The notes beneath the pieces were generated by a model. It saw only the letters and a program-made list of their open reading frames with translations, was not told the origin of the DNA and did not search any database. Source: Octopus sinensis (lineage: Eukaryota). Taken from it: a DNA stretch of 64,000 bases. The stretch spans positions 48,980,001-49,044,000 of the forward strand of contig NC_043005.1 of the NCBI RefSeq assembly GCF_006345805.1, read 5' to 3'. The first letter of the stretch is position 1, and each line of letters begins with the position of its first letter. The translations under genes were made by a program, and so were the position numbers. This document shows positions 51,308 to 64,000 of the stretch, piece by piece.

Positions 51308-51826
51308 GTCATTTTGTCATAAGGCTGAGATCAAGCCTGGAGGGTTGAACGATGCTTTTAGCATGAAATGTTATATCAGATTAGCAAGGACATCTTCAAG
51401 AAAAGCCTACACAGCCGCACCATTTCCTTTGGGAGCTTCGAAAAGTGGAACATCACTACACTGAACAAGAACATATAGTGGTTGAAGACAAGCTTGCAAA
51501 CTATGAAATCAAATAGAAGCTTTTAGGAAAATGCAAACCTTAGTCTAGCTGCAACAGATGATGTGGATTGCATTTAGGAGAATCGTTTACACCTGGTTTA
51601 AACGAGAGGAAGTAAATTCTAAAACACTGGTTCAAGCTGCAATAAGGGTGTTAACACCAGTGTCTCCTCCCGCTACACTGCTTCGGGGTCGACACTCCGT
51701 TCAGTCATTCATCCATTTATTTCTGTCTCCAGTTTTTATTCCATCCTTACTCCATCTCTCTTTCTCCCACAGTCTCTCCCTTAATCTCTCTCTCTTTCTC
51801 TCACTCTCTTTTCCCTCTCCTTCGCC

Positions 51827-51857
<31 letters not shown>

Positions 51858-52093
51858 CTTTCCTCTCGCTCTTTCTCTCTCTATTTTTCTATCTGTGTAT
51901 GTATCTAAACATACTTTTCCAACAGATTTTTTCCGTCCATTTCTTCGTTCTGTCTTCTGATGTGTTTGTTCAAACTGACCATTCCCTACGGAAATAACTC
52001 TACGATTTTTATATATTTTGAATTACCATATGAATTACCATTTGAATTACAATATGAACCCTAAATTCAGAAATTTTAGATAGACAGACAGAC

Positions 52094-52180
<87 letters not shown>

Positions 52181-52501
52181 TAGATAGATAGATAGATAGA
52201 TAGATACACACACACATAGTTAATTAGCTAGGTACAGGGTGCATGAGTGAGTGACTTAGAGAAAGAGAGAGAGAGAGAGAGAGTAGGAAACTACATTGCG
52301 TAAGTATATACCTTAATCTCCAGCAACAAATTGAAAGAGATAGAACTAGAGAGAGTATGAGAGAGGAGGGAGGAAAATTTCATAACGTTCATTGTGCTTA
52401 ATAATCTGTCACAGAATTGATTACATCACAGATACACACACACACAACTCTCCACATAAACACGCACGCACGCACACAACTCCCCACAAAAACAAATACT
52501 T

Positions 52502-52555
<54 letters not shown>

Positions 52556-52583
52556 GGTACTTGTATCGCAGAGTGGTCCCGGT

Positions 52584-52690
52584 TGCGCACACGCGGATTC
52601 GCGCGTGCGCGCTAGCCAGGCGTAGGTACTCGATACTCGAGATCCTACGAGGTGACTTGCGCATGCTCTGTGTGCGATTCGCGCATGCGC
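52584..52690. promoter_or_regulatory. CpG-rich patch with clustered NRF1-like motifs
   Basis: gcgcgtgcgc 52601-52610, gcgcatgcgc 52681-52690, tgcgcatgct 52658-52667, tgcgcacacgc 52584-52594. Confidence 0.35.
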
Positions 52691-53018
52691 GTTCCACCCC
52701 CCACCCCCACCCCACCCCATATAATTTGTGAAACTTAATGAATTAATTCCTTCACACAAATGTATATAATTTTGGGGGTAAAATTACAGAGTAACACCCG
52801 CACGATTTTCACTAAAAAAAAAGCAAAAAAAAACGGATTTTTTAGATACCTTTCTGCTTTTTAAGGTGTTATTGGCTGCTACTTCTAGCTGCCTGAGTGA
52901 CAACATATATACACACATACACACACACACGTAACAAAAACAAACACATACAACTACAATATTACACACATACACGCAGAAAATAAACATAGGTCGGATC
53001 TCCTCAACTTCCTCGCAG

Positions 53019-53092
53019 TTTAAAAATCTGGCTCCTGTTACAAGACCGTTCTGCGTAACATATATAGACATAGCGAGTGTGTCGTGGATTAA
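53019..53092 (+). CDS. Candidate exon (74 nt) FKNLAPVTRPFCVTYIDIASVSWI
   Basis: Acceptor tctcctcaacttcctcgcag, donor gtgagt; only the phase-0 frame is open. Confidence 0.35.
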
Positions 53093-53311
53093 GTGAGTCA
53101 CAGGTGTTTACATCAACGGAAAACATGGGCTAAATATCGATCGATATAATTGTTTAATCATCTAAGGCACCTTCGCTAATTAAAATCTTTCACATATTGC
53201 ACACTGTGTTCCGTGTTAGCCTACAAATTAACGTACAGATCAATAAGTGTTAGAGCTGACGACATGTTATTTTTCTTTCGATATGCTAAAGCAATACTAT
53301 TGAAAATATGC

Positions 53312-53376
<65 letters not shown>

Positions 53377-53435
53377 TAGTAGTAGTAGTAGTAGTAGTAG
53401 TAGTAGCAGCAGCAGCAGCAGCAGCAGTAGTAGTG

Positions 53436-53474
<39 letters not shown>

Positions 53475-53513
53475 ACAACAACAACAACAACAATAACAAT
53501 AATAATAATAATA

Positions 53514-53544
<31 letters not shown>

Positions 53545-54092
53545 ACGCCCTGATGCAGTACCAGGCAGTGGGTCTCGTGGCCTCTGATCTTAACTGATTG
53601 GAAGTGTTATCATGAACATTGTTTTGTCTTGGTATAAAAGATGGGCTACACCAAATATTCTGCTCAATACCACAGATTTGCTTATCAGTTGTTTGACCTT
53701 AACTAGTTGAGCATGTCTCTTAGTGGCTGACGATATGTGCATATCTGATCACGAGCAGAAGTAGTGGGGGAGCATCATAGCCGTGTGTTGAGAGGGATTC
53801 TTTGGGGTTTGAACAATTCACCTCTGGAAACATCCTTAACAACATCCTTAAACAACCCTTATTCAGAGACCTTTTGAGCAGGATGGGTTACTCGACCAGA
53901 AGAAAATTCTAACTGGGCCCCACCTGCAAGGTCATGTGTTGTTTACCTTGATATGAGATCACCATGTCACGCACACATGGTTGTGATGCATGTGCCTAGT
54001 GTACCCTTATCAGACGAGTAGTCATGATGGGCATACTGGGCTTCGTATATTTTACCCCAGTGTCACTTTGATGGTATGTACAGCTCTCTCAC
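53545..54092 (+). repeat. Interspersed repeat family E flanked by (AAT)n on both sides
   Basis: aaacgccctgatgcagtaccaggcag...cagctctctcactc. Confidence 0.85.
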
Positions 54093-54094
54093 TC

Positions 54095-54140
<46 letters not shown>

Positions 54141-54149
54141 TAATAAGCC

Positions 54150-54479
<330 letters not shown>

Positions 54480-54589
54480 CTCTCCCGTCGAAGACGACGT
54501 ATGAGAGTTCAGCTTTTGCCGAACGGCCTGCCCAAATGATTTGTTTTATAGTGGTCAAATGTTCGTGCCGCATATTAGCTCACTCTCTA

Positions 54590-54750
54590 AACAGGTGCGC
54601 GGTGTATCACGCGTCAGGTGTCGAAGTGATCGTAGAGCAACGTGAGCTGAATTGCTTTACTCAAGAATACAACGTACCTCCCGGTCTAGGAATTGAAATC
54701 ACGATCTCGCGATCGTGAGTGTAACATCCTAATTACTAGGCCATGCACCC
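54590..54750 (-). mobile_element. SINE family D-like head
   Basis: gagcaacgtga...actcaagaatacaacg...aggaattgaaatcacg. Confidence 0.6.
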
Positions 54751-54779
54751 TCATAATGATGATAATAATAATCTTTTCT

Positions 54780-54985
54780 CATATAGGCATAAGGCCTGAA
54801 ATTTTTAGGGATGGGTATTTGTCAATTACCAGTTGATCACCCTAGTGATCAACTGGTATTTATTTTATCGACCCTGGATGGCTGAAAGGAAGAGTCGACC
54901 CCGGCAGCATTTGAACTCAGAACGTATTGACGGAAAAATACCGCTAAGCGTTTTTCCAACTCCGTAACGATTCTGTTAGCTGTTC
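54780..54985 (-). mobile_element. SINE family A, diverged
   Basis: tttatcgacc...gagtcgaccccggcagcatttgaactcagaacg. Confidence 0.7.
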
Positions 54986-55199
54986 GCCTTTCCTTGGGTT
55001 AATATTGAAATTTTCACTCCTTCACTGCATGTTCGAAATTCAAAATTCAGTTCATTAAATTTTCAGAGTTATCCCCCAGTTGTCATGACCTAATTTGATA
55101 AACCTTATTCATTTAGCCAATGTTCTTTCTTCATCGCGAAGAAAGAAATTGATATTGATTCTCTCACTGCTTTTGCGTAAATAGTATGCACAATGCACA

Positions 55200-55246
<47 letters not shown>

Positions 55247-55353
55247 CCAAGAAGGCAAGGACAAGACGCGACTTCGTTGAAACAGTCCTTCCCGCAAAGG
55301 AAATTAAAAATAAAATATATACATACACACACACAAATATAGATACACGGACG

Positions 55354-55399
<46 letters not shown>

Positions 55400-55402
55400 T
55401 AA

Positions 55403-55464
<62 letters not shown>

Positions 55465-55712
55465 GAGTTAGCTGATGTGCATCGTACACTTAACACAAAA
55501 GTTTTAAAATGGAATGGTATATCATTTTTCTACCTCTGATTAGATTCAACTTTATAATGATTTAATTACCTTAATTAATTAATGAAGTCTGAATCGAAAC
55601 AGCTGTCAGAGATTATATCTATTTTTGTAATCAATAAATATAATTATTAATTGATTTACCTCTATTATCTTACTTTTCTGAAATAAATATAAACCTCGGT
55701 TTTATTTAATAC

Positions 55713-55812
55713 NNNNNNNNNNNNNNNNNNNNNNNNNNNNNNNNNNNNNNNNNNNNNNNNNNNNNNNNNNNNNNNNNNNNNNNNNNNNNNNNNNNNNNNN
55801 NNNNNNNNNNNN
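55713..55812. other. Assembly gap (100 N)
   Basis: Run of n characters. Confidence 1.
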
Positions 55813-55857
55813 GGAACGAAATTGAAGACATAATCTACTATACACATTACATTTATA

Positions 55858-56103
55858 TCTACTATATAAATGAGAGTGTATGTCTGTATGTATGTGAGTA
55901 TATCACGGAAAGGCTCCAAAACATTGACTTCCTAGAGACAAATGGATTTGAATTTCGAAATCTGCGTCCCAATCACAAGGTTTTTGGGAATTAATAATCA
56001 AAAAATATAATTTTATATGAGAAATAACTCAACTTCCAGATTGCCAGCAATTAATGTCTTTAGAAGATGCCATCTTAAACTCATGAATACCTGAATGTGT
56101 GTA

Positions 56104-56134
<31 letters not shown>

Positions 56135-56768
56135 CTGTCTGTCTGTCTGTCTGTCTGTGTGTGTGTGTGTTTGTGGCGTGGCGAGGGGGGCATTTTATAA
56201 CTCTCAGTCTATCCACCTCTCTCAGGTCTTTTCTGTTGCTGTCACAGATTTTGAATTTTAAAATTAAGGAAAATTTTCAAATTTGGTATATTGATGTAAT
56301 TTTTCACGCTGAATTCGATTTTATTTAGTTGTTCCGGAAAAAATCATAGAAAAATTTATACAGAGATTTAAAGTTTGGTAATTTTTATCTGATAAGAAAA
56401 CAGGATTTGGAAGCTGGCATTTTCTGCGTGATAGTTGTCGCAAAATGAAAACAAAGCATTACGACAACGAAATCTTTTTTTTTAAACAAAATGAAAACAA
56501 AATATTACGACAACGAATATTGTAAGAAGTTCTGAAGTTTTTATATGGTTTAATGAACAAAATCATGTGAAACGGTGGAACAGTCATGTAAATAACTTAA
56601 AAAGGGGAAAGTCTTCAACGAAATCTTTTGGTGAAAAATCACACAAATCCGTCCTCATCAACAAGCCTATCCGTCGGGGAGGACATGGTCTGGTATAGAA
56701 TAAAACAAAATTAAATAAAAGCATTCTATTGTGGTAATTTGCCCAGCAACGACGGGCTACTCACTTAG
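55858..56768 (+). mobile_element. Probable non-autonomous Helitron, second family
   Basis: 5' a|TCTACTATATAAATGAGAG; 3' hairpin gcccagcaacgacgggc then cttag|t. Confidence 0.55.
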
Positions 56769-57343
56769 TTATAGTATTCGTAAGGTAGTTAACTGAGAAA
56801 TAAATAATTTAAACTGAAGAAGAAGAGAAGAAAGAAGAAGAAGAAGAAGAAGAAGAAGAAGAAGAAGAAGAGGAGAGAAGGAGGGAAGAAAAGAAAAGGA
56901 AGGAAGAAGAAGAAGAAGAAGAAGAAGAAGAAAGAAGAAGAAGAAGAAGAAGAAAGAAGAAGAGAAGGCGACTGATGGTGATGATGATGATGGTGATTGA
57001 TGGTGATTGATGATGATGGTGGTGGTGGTGTTGGTGGTTGTGATGGTGGTGAAGATTATCATGAAAGACGAAGAAGAAAAGATGTAATTAAACTGATGTT
57101 CAGTAAAAGAAAAGTCTTCATGCGTTCGCAGAGAAAACTAATCATCTCTCGCACTTTGATATCGCTTTTGCGTGTAAATAAATCTTTCTCTGCATTCCAG
57201 ACAAGAATAGTGATGTACGTACGTATGTATATATGTATGTATGTGTGTGTGTGTGTCTATACGTATATCTATTTACGCATGAATGTGTGTCTGTGTGTGT
57301 GTGTGTGTGTGTGGTGTGTGTGTGTCTGTGTGTGTCTGTGTGT

Positions 57344-57421
<78 letters not shown>

Positions 57422-58039
57422 GTAAAACAATATTACCTGTTATGGTGAGAGAAGCGAGGATTTTGGATGCATTCCAAAAGGGGGAAATTGCATAAAGTAG
57501 CCATTTTATTTTATCTTATCATCTCAAAATTTAACCGTTATCACACAATGTCCGACTGCTTCTGCTTCAGCATCTTGTTTTCGGTAGCGGTATTCCCATA
57601 GCAACAGTCAGCGTTACATTAGCAACAGTTACCTGAACACAACAACAACAACAACAACACCCACACCTGCTTATAACAACATTACTATATTAACAGCCAT
57701 CGTTACTATAGAAACGGCTATCAATGGCTATAAACTTTCTACCGTTATTTCTATAGCAACAACTATCGTTACTCATAAGAATAACAAATAATGCCTCTAA
57801 ACCTTTAAAGGTTTGGCAATAATAATGATTTCTAATACAGGCACAATGCCAGAAATTTTGGATGGCTTGTTGGTTGTTGGTGATTAGCGGTGACAGGGAA
57901 GGTAAAGTTGATTATATTGACTCCAGTACTTGACCCTGGACAGATTAAAGGCTAAGCTGGTCTCGGTGACATTTGAACTCAGAAAGCGTAAAAAGTTGGT
58001 ACAACTGCAAGTCATTTTGTTCGACGCTCTAACGATTCT

Positions 58040-58455
58040 TATTTCTTTATTGCCCACAGGGGGCTAAACATACAGGGGACAAATAAGGACAAAGGAATTA
58101 AGTCGATTAGATCTATCCCAGTGCGTAACTGGTACTTAATTTATCGACCCCGAAAGGATGAAAGGCAAAGTCGACCTCGGCGGAATTTGAACTCAGAACG
58201 TAGCGACACGAAAATACCTATTTCTTTACTGCCCACAAGGGGCAACACACAGAGGAGACAAACAAGGACAGACAAACGGATTAACTCGATTACATCGACC
58301 CCAGTGCGTAACTGGTACTTAATTTATCGACCCCGAAAGGATGAAAGGCAAAGTTGACTTCGGCGGAATTTGAACTCAGAACGTAACGGCAGACGAAATG
58401 CGGCTACTCATTTCGCCCGGCATGCTAACGTTTCTGCCAGCTCGCCGCCTTACAT
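58040..58455 (-). mobile_element. SINE family A dimer nested in the head of an older SINE A (57835-58483)
   Basis: 12-bp TSD tctaacgattct at 58028-58039 and 58456-58467. Confidence 0.9.
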
Positions 58456-58494
58456 TCTAACGATTCTGTCATTTCGCTGCCTTTGTCTCGAATT

Positions 58495-58870
58495 CTAATT
58501 CAGGCACGCCTCACGGACATGATTGCAAAAAGTGTTGCCATGAGGAGTGGCCAGCGACACTCGCTGCAACACCTACCCACCACCTCGCGGGACGTATTTT
58601 TCAGATGAGCCGCAGATATCCCCGATTTTGCGGGGGGAATCAGCAGTGCGGAGTCCGAAAACATCTGAGATCTCGAAGGCGATATTTACAAACCGACAGC
58701 GGTTGGTCAGACTCCTGTATTTGTTTATCTTCCGCTCCTTTGCGTTACGGGTGGCGATACCCGGGTTTGCGGCCTATGCAGCAAGGTTGGACCCGGAGAA
58801 TATGTCGCGGCACGTCGAGTCTCAAACAACCGTTATTCCCTTCCCACTCCATCGTCTGCGACTTAACCCT
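58495..58870 (-). mobile_element. CRE-clade-like non-LTR retrotransposon, RLE domain remnant
   Basis: WSGKGITVV*DSTCRDIFSGSNLAA*AANPGIATRNAKERKINKYRSL...FVNIAFEISDVFG...LQRVSLA..HGN. Confidence 0.75.
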
Positions 58871-58974
58871 CCCCCCTTCTTTTTTTTCTTTGTTTCCTTG
58901 GTGAGGTAGTTATGCAAAGGGGGTGCTCTTTCTCCATAATTTAACCTTTTATACTTTTCTTTTTTATTTTTTTT

Positions 58975-59216
58975 GCTTTTTACTTGTTTCAGTCAGTAGA
59001 GCACTTTCATGCTGGGGCACCACCTTGAAGAATTTTTTGACGAATGAATCAACTCCAGCACTTATTTTCTAAAAGTCTGGTACTTATTTATTGGTCTTTC
59101 TCACCGAACCGATAAACATCGGTTGCCAAGTAATGGAAGCAAACACAGACACAAAGACACACACATACTCAAAGATATACATATATTACATACATACATA
59201 TATGATATATATTTAT

Positions 59217-59254
<38 letters not shown>

Positions 59255-59325
59255 TATATGTATATGTTGTATGTAATCTATGTGTATGTGTGTCTTTGTG
59301 TCTATGTTTGCTCCCATTACTTGGG

Positions 59326-59356
<31 letters not shown>

Positions 59357-59366
59357 ATATATATAG

Positions 59367-59400
<34 letters not shown>

Positions 59401-59540
59401 ACGGACTTCTTTCAGTTTCAGTTTAACAAATCCACTCACAAGCTTTGGTTAGCACGAGGCTATAGTAGGAGGCACTTGGCCAAGGTTCCATGCAATGGAA
59501 CTGAACCCAGAACTGGAAGGGAGATTCTTGCCGCACACCC
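58975..59540 (-). mobile_element. SINE family B with an internal inverted duplication
   Basis: 59126-59167 is mirrored at 59284-59323. Confidence 0.8.
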
Positions 59541-61393
59541 ACGAAATATAATTTAAAGCGTTCTCTAATGACGTAATAATTAGCACTCAGCTGTTATTCA
59601 ATTCAGCTGAGTCAACCGGAACAATGTGAAATGAAGTGCTTTGCTTAAGACAGAACGCACTGCCTGGTTTGGGAATCAAACCTATCAATTTAGACACCAA
59701 GCTATGTTCTAAGGCTACTTATTTTATCACCCTATGAATGACGTGGAGCAAATTGTCCCGCCTGGAATTTAAACTTTACTTTCTTAATTCAAATCTCTTC
59801 AGTATGAATCTTGCCTATCGTGAAAATAAATACCAGTAAAATATTGGTGTCAATCGTGGTCGCATATATCCTAACACAATCCTCTTGAATTACATTGTGT
59901 AACATTTTTTATATTTTTGCTCGGCAGGTTTATTTCCTATTTCCTATTTGCTTCTATCTAGAAGTCAAAGGAAATGACTACTATTCCTTTCAAACTTTGC
60001 TTTTGTGGTTTAAACATCAATGTTTGAAAATTGAACTATTCTCCATTACATTTCAGACAGATTCAGAGCTGATTGCTGAAGCAGAAATATCCTTATAGTA
60101 ACCATTCTGCTCAATAGCACAGATTTGCTTGTCAGTTGCTTGGCCTTAACCATTTGAGCATGTCCCATAGTGGCTGACAATATATGCATTTCTGATCATG
60201 TGCAGGAGTAGAAGGGGAGCATTATAGCCTTGCGTTGAGAGGGATTCTTTGGGGTTTGAATAAATATCGTAACAAAAAGCAAAGTTTGAAGGAAATATTA
60301 GCCATTTTTCATACTTTCTAGAGGCGAACAAATAGGAAATAACATTTGCTTCCCAAGGACAGTGTTATTTGACATCCAAAAGACAAAATACGTAACATGG
60401 GGGATTAGTAATGCCTTCGTTCGACTCCAAATACGACACTTCTTCCAGATATTTCTAAAAGGAAGGCTTTTAGTAAAGATTATTCTGGCAGTTTATTAAT
60501 ACTTAAAGGATTATTCCCCAGAAGATGGTTCTTTATAGTTCTGCAGATTCAAAAATATACTCACAGGTACTCATAGATGTACTAGTTTTGAGTAAGGCCC
60601 CGTCGTCTTACAGTTATTGAGACCTAGAAGCGGACACAGGAGTGGATTCTATCCATGAACTGAAGGTGGCGATGCTGGATCGATATGCTTGGCAAAATGG
60701 CCCTATCTTCGAGGACCGGGAGTGAGCCAGTAAAGTAGTATGTGTGAAATTGCAGGTGAAGTAATATTTGACCATTATAAAATCACGCTGTAGAGCCTAA
60801 AGTTAGTTCTTTTATGCGTATGTAAATCAAAGCCAGTTCAAAATCGTTAAAGTCTACCTCCTTATAGCGTTGTTTACCATTTTGGGTTTTTAAACGAAAA
60901 CACACTTTACTTTAAGTCTAGATATTGTTTAGGTTATACTAGGGTTATTTATATACTATGCAGCATAAAACATAATCTATTATATCTACAATAGACTATC
61001 TTCTATCTTTTGCTTCTTATCTTTCATCTTTAACTTGTTCCAGGTCTTTGACTGAGACTGCCATTCATGTTGGGATACAACACTCCTCTCCATAATTAGC
61101 AACGTTCTTCATATCTACGACAGAATGGATTTAACGAAGCAGTCGTTCTTTTCTTCGCAGAAAAAGTGTTCTAAAGATTCCAAAAATATATCTAAGGAAT
61201 GGAAATTTTGAAGAAATATTTTCTGTTTTATTTTCTATTATAATTCCATTATAAGTGAAAAAGCATTCGGGAATATCTTTACATTTACAACAAGGAGATG
61301 TTTCAGCTCATTATAATGCAGTATACAAAATAAAACTGGATAAAAAATAACATGGAAAAACGCTAGTTGACGGCGTTACAATTTTATATAGAA

Positions 61394-61897
61394 CTAGCAG
61401 TATCGCCCGGCGTTGCTCGGGTTTGTAAGGGAAATAACTATATAAGCATTTTTAGAGAGTTACTTCCCTTATAGATGCCAATTCGGGCTTTCTTAGCCAT
61501 TTCTGTTTTGGTGTCTTCAAGCCATGAAGTCGTTGTTCTAAAAGAACTGGTCTCCTTGACAACGCTTTACGACGTGTGATTTCCTATTTCCCTTCCCTAC
61601 AGCTTCACGAGGGAGGGAAGAAGGGGGAGAAAAACAGGTGCAGGTGTGACCATGGACGCCAACACCGCCGCCATCGACACACGAAAATTATGCATTAAAA
61701 TGGAATAAAAAATGATGTTAAATTATTTTTAAAATCGTAGACTCATCGTAGACGCGCTAATACTCAGACGGGCTCGATATGAATCACGACTATAAGATAC
61801 CCGAATTTGGTTAAACTGCACCGCAAATGTGGGAGTAGTTAGGAATCTAAATCGAAGGGGACAGACACTCACACAACTACAGTTTTATATATATAGA
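61394..61897 (-). mobile_element. Non-autonomous Helitron
   Basis: Same termini and body as the 50460 copy. Confidence 0.85.
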
Positions 61898-62135
61898 TTC
61901 CACAGAAGTTGAGAAGAATAAACTAATTACTAATAGCAATACACAATTATAATCTAAACACACAGATTGCATCATACGTAAAGCAAAATTGCATGATAAA
62001 TGAAATCTACGAGGATTTACTATTAAATAAGTTTAAATCTAGCGTTGAGAATTTTATCATTGATAAAAATATTTGCAAAGTGCTTTGTGACTTACTGCAG
62101 AACGCGCGGACTATATGCCATTACAACATTATATA

Positions 62136-62531
62136 TCTTTATATATAAAAGTGAGGTTGTGTGCTGTCTGTTTCCTACGATTTAGATTCCTAACTACTCA
62201 CACATTTTGCGGTGCAGTTTAACCAAAACCGGGTATGTTATAGTCGTGATTCATATCGAGCCCTTCTGGGTATTAGCGCGCGTCTACGATGAGTTTACGG
62301 TTTAAAAAAAAATTTACCATCAATTTTTCCCGTTTTTAATGCATTTTTGGCATATATAAGGGAAGTAACTCTCTAAAAATTTATTATTAAATCTCAGAAC
62401 GTAAAAAGCTACAGTAACACTCCCCCTTTGTGGTTAGCCATATTGAGATGGCTATTATACCTTACATCTCTAAAAATGCTTATATAGTTATTTCCCTTAC
62501 AAACCCGAACAACGCCGGGCGATACTGCTAG
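62136..62531 (+). mobile_element. Non-autonomous Helitron, related subfamily with a different middle
   Basis: a|TCTTTATATATAAAAG ... cccgaacaacgccgggcgatactgCTAG|t. Confidence 0.85.
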
Positions 62532-62705
62532 TTGGAAATAAAATAAATTGTGAGCATCTCGAAATGTCAGCCTAATGGATTTGGGGAGGCTATTGTTTCA
62601 AACAAAATACAAAGAACGAATTAGGAATGATAAAATATCCTTTAAACATATTAAACTTGAACATGATGGAAACCGCGTATATGGAATGGGTGTGTAATTA
62701 TATAT

Positions 62706-62747
<42 letters not shown>

Positions 62748-63334
62748 GCACACACACACATGTGTGAAAGATAGATAAATAATTATAGGTGCAACTAATG
62801 CAATTATATCATTAAATAAATATATGCATATAATACTTATATTAACAGGTAGTAAAAATATCTTTTAGAGCTGGTTCAAATATTACGGGAATATTTGATA
62901 TTATACTGCAAATATAAGATGCATGAGATTTTGTGGTCCGTGCCACCTTTCTGTTTACAATTTAAGCCTCTACCTAGAATTTTCTTTAACATTTCACACC
63001 TCAACGTAAATATCAATCCACAATTAATAATGTTCGCTATCAAACTTTTTTATTCCACCAAACGTAATCTAAACTAAACTAAACACTTTCAAACTTCCGA
63101 TACTGGTAGAATATGTCACATAAAACAGGGTTTACCCTTAACGTTTTTGACAAAAGTTTGTATTTTAGAAGTTATTTCGTCAGAAGTTACAGAGTGACAA
63201 TGAACAAATTCGTGTTTGATAAGTGCCAATACACGAAACTCTCAGCTGTTGACTTTCTCTCTAACTTCTGCCGATGATATATATGCATATTACAAATATA
63301 TGTAAAAAAAAATCGCATCATGCAATCGAACCAA

Positions 63335-63520
63335 TGAAAGAGCCTCTACCTGGTCGCTCGATACGCTAAAAATAGCAGTCAAAGTATCCCCCTACTTAAA
63401 TCACAGAGTCATTGTACGTCATGTCCTAGATTATCCCTAAAAAACGGTTTGCTGAAGGCTGGAATGTCTTTCATGATAGGTTTGCAGCATCAGGGTTGAT
63501 TTGAGGCTAAATAACAACAT
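63335..63520 (-). repeat. Interspersed repeat family G
   Basis: Reverse-complement similarity to 20735-20900. Confidence 0.55.
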
Positions 63521-64000
63521 TATGGTAAATTTCTATTTTAACACCCGCACGATTTTCACTAAGAAAAAAAAACAAAAAAAAAATTATTTTTGGCGTGGCA
63601 TCAAGTGCCCTGACCTCCTAATATGCTGCAAATCCCTTATTTTAGTTCGGAAAAAACGGAGGGACCCCCCCTCCCTCAATCCCAGAAACATTTGGAATTT
63701 TTTTTCGTTGAATGAATTCCTATGACCTCCTAATATTGCAAAATTAGGTTACTTAATGTGAGCCTGGTAACTGATGGTTTTGGGGTGTTGTTGTTTGTAA
63801 CTTTTGGTGAGCCATGGTGTAACCAACAACATGGTAAAAATTTCTGCCATTAATTTGGTGTGCATGGATAATATCAAATAATATAATCACAACATATATC
63901 TAAATTATTTTAATTAAATTAAACATGAAAAAAAATTGAAATATTATCATCATTTACATGGAAAAATTGAAATATTATCTTTCAGTATTTTATAAGGTAA

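Noticed and set aside
58547-58909. 120-aa plus-strand ORF
   Set aside because: It is the antisense shadow of the CRE-like RLE domain.
60322-60391. Phase-compatible downstream exon KGEQIGNNICFPRTVLFDIQKTKY
   Set aside because: The acceptor lies inside an inverted repeat arm and the donor is weak.

Overview
AT-rich, repeat-saturated eukaryotic DNA. It is almost certainly cephalopod (Octopus-like), inferred from recalled SINE families and the density of (TA)n, (TACA)n, (GATA)n and (AAT)n microsatellites. I recognise no intact gene, rRNA, functional tRNA or CRISPR array, and most entries in the ORF track are microsatellite read-throughs. The window is a mosaic of decayed elements: at least five tRNA-derived SINE families (labelled A, B, C, D and F here); RTE, CR1-group, R4/Dong-like and CRE-like LINE remnants; a Ty3/Gypsy pol remnant; mariner, pogo/Tigger and hAT pieces; non-autonomous Helitrons; and Penelope-pLTR/retrozyme-like units with hammerhead motifs. 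The most notable observations are: (1) a near-complete type I hammerhead ribozyme at 241-336 inside a 534-bp direct-repeat unit; (2) a CpG-rich 12-bp-period repeat ORF encoding HERE/YVRQ tetrads at 25092-25700; (3) an RLE-type LINE family whose copies abut (TACA)n in a fixed orientation; (4) several long fold-back palindromes next to microsatellites; (5) SINE multimers joined at the same junction at five loci; and (6) weak candidate spliced exons on the + strand at 45.9-53.1 kb. TE boundaries are approximate (tens of bp) unless a TSD or TIR is quoted. Family names come from motif recognition, not from database searches.
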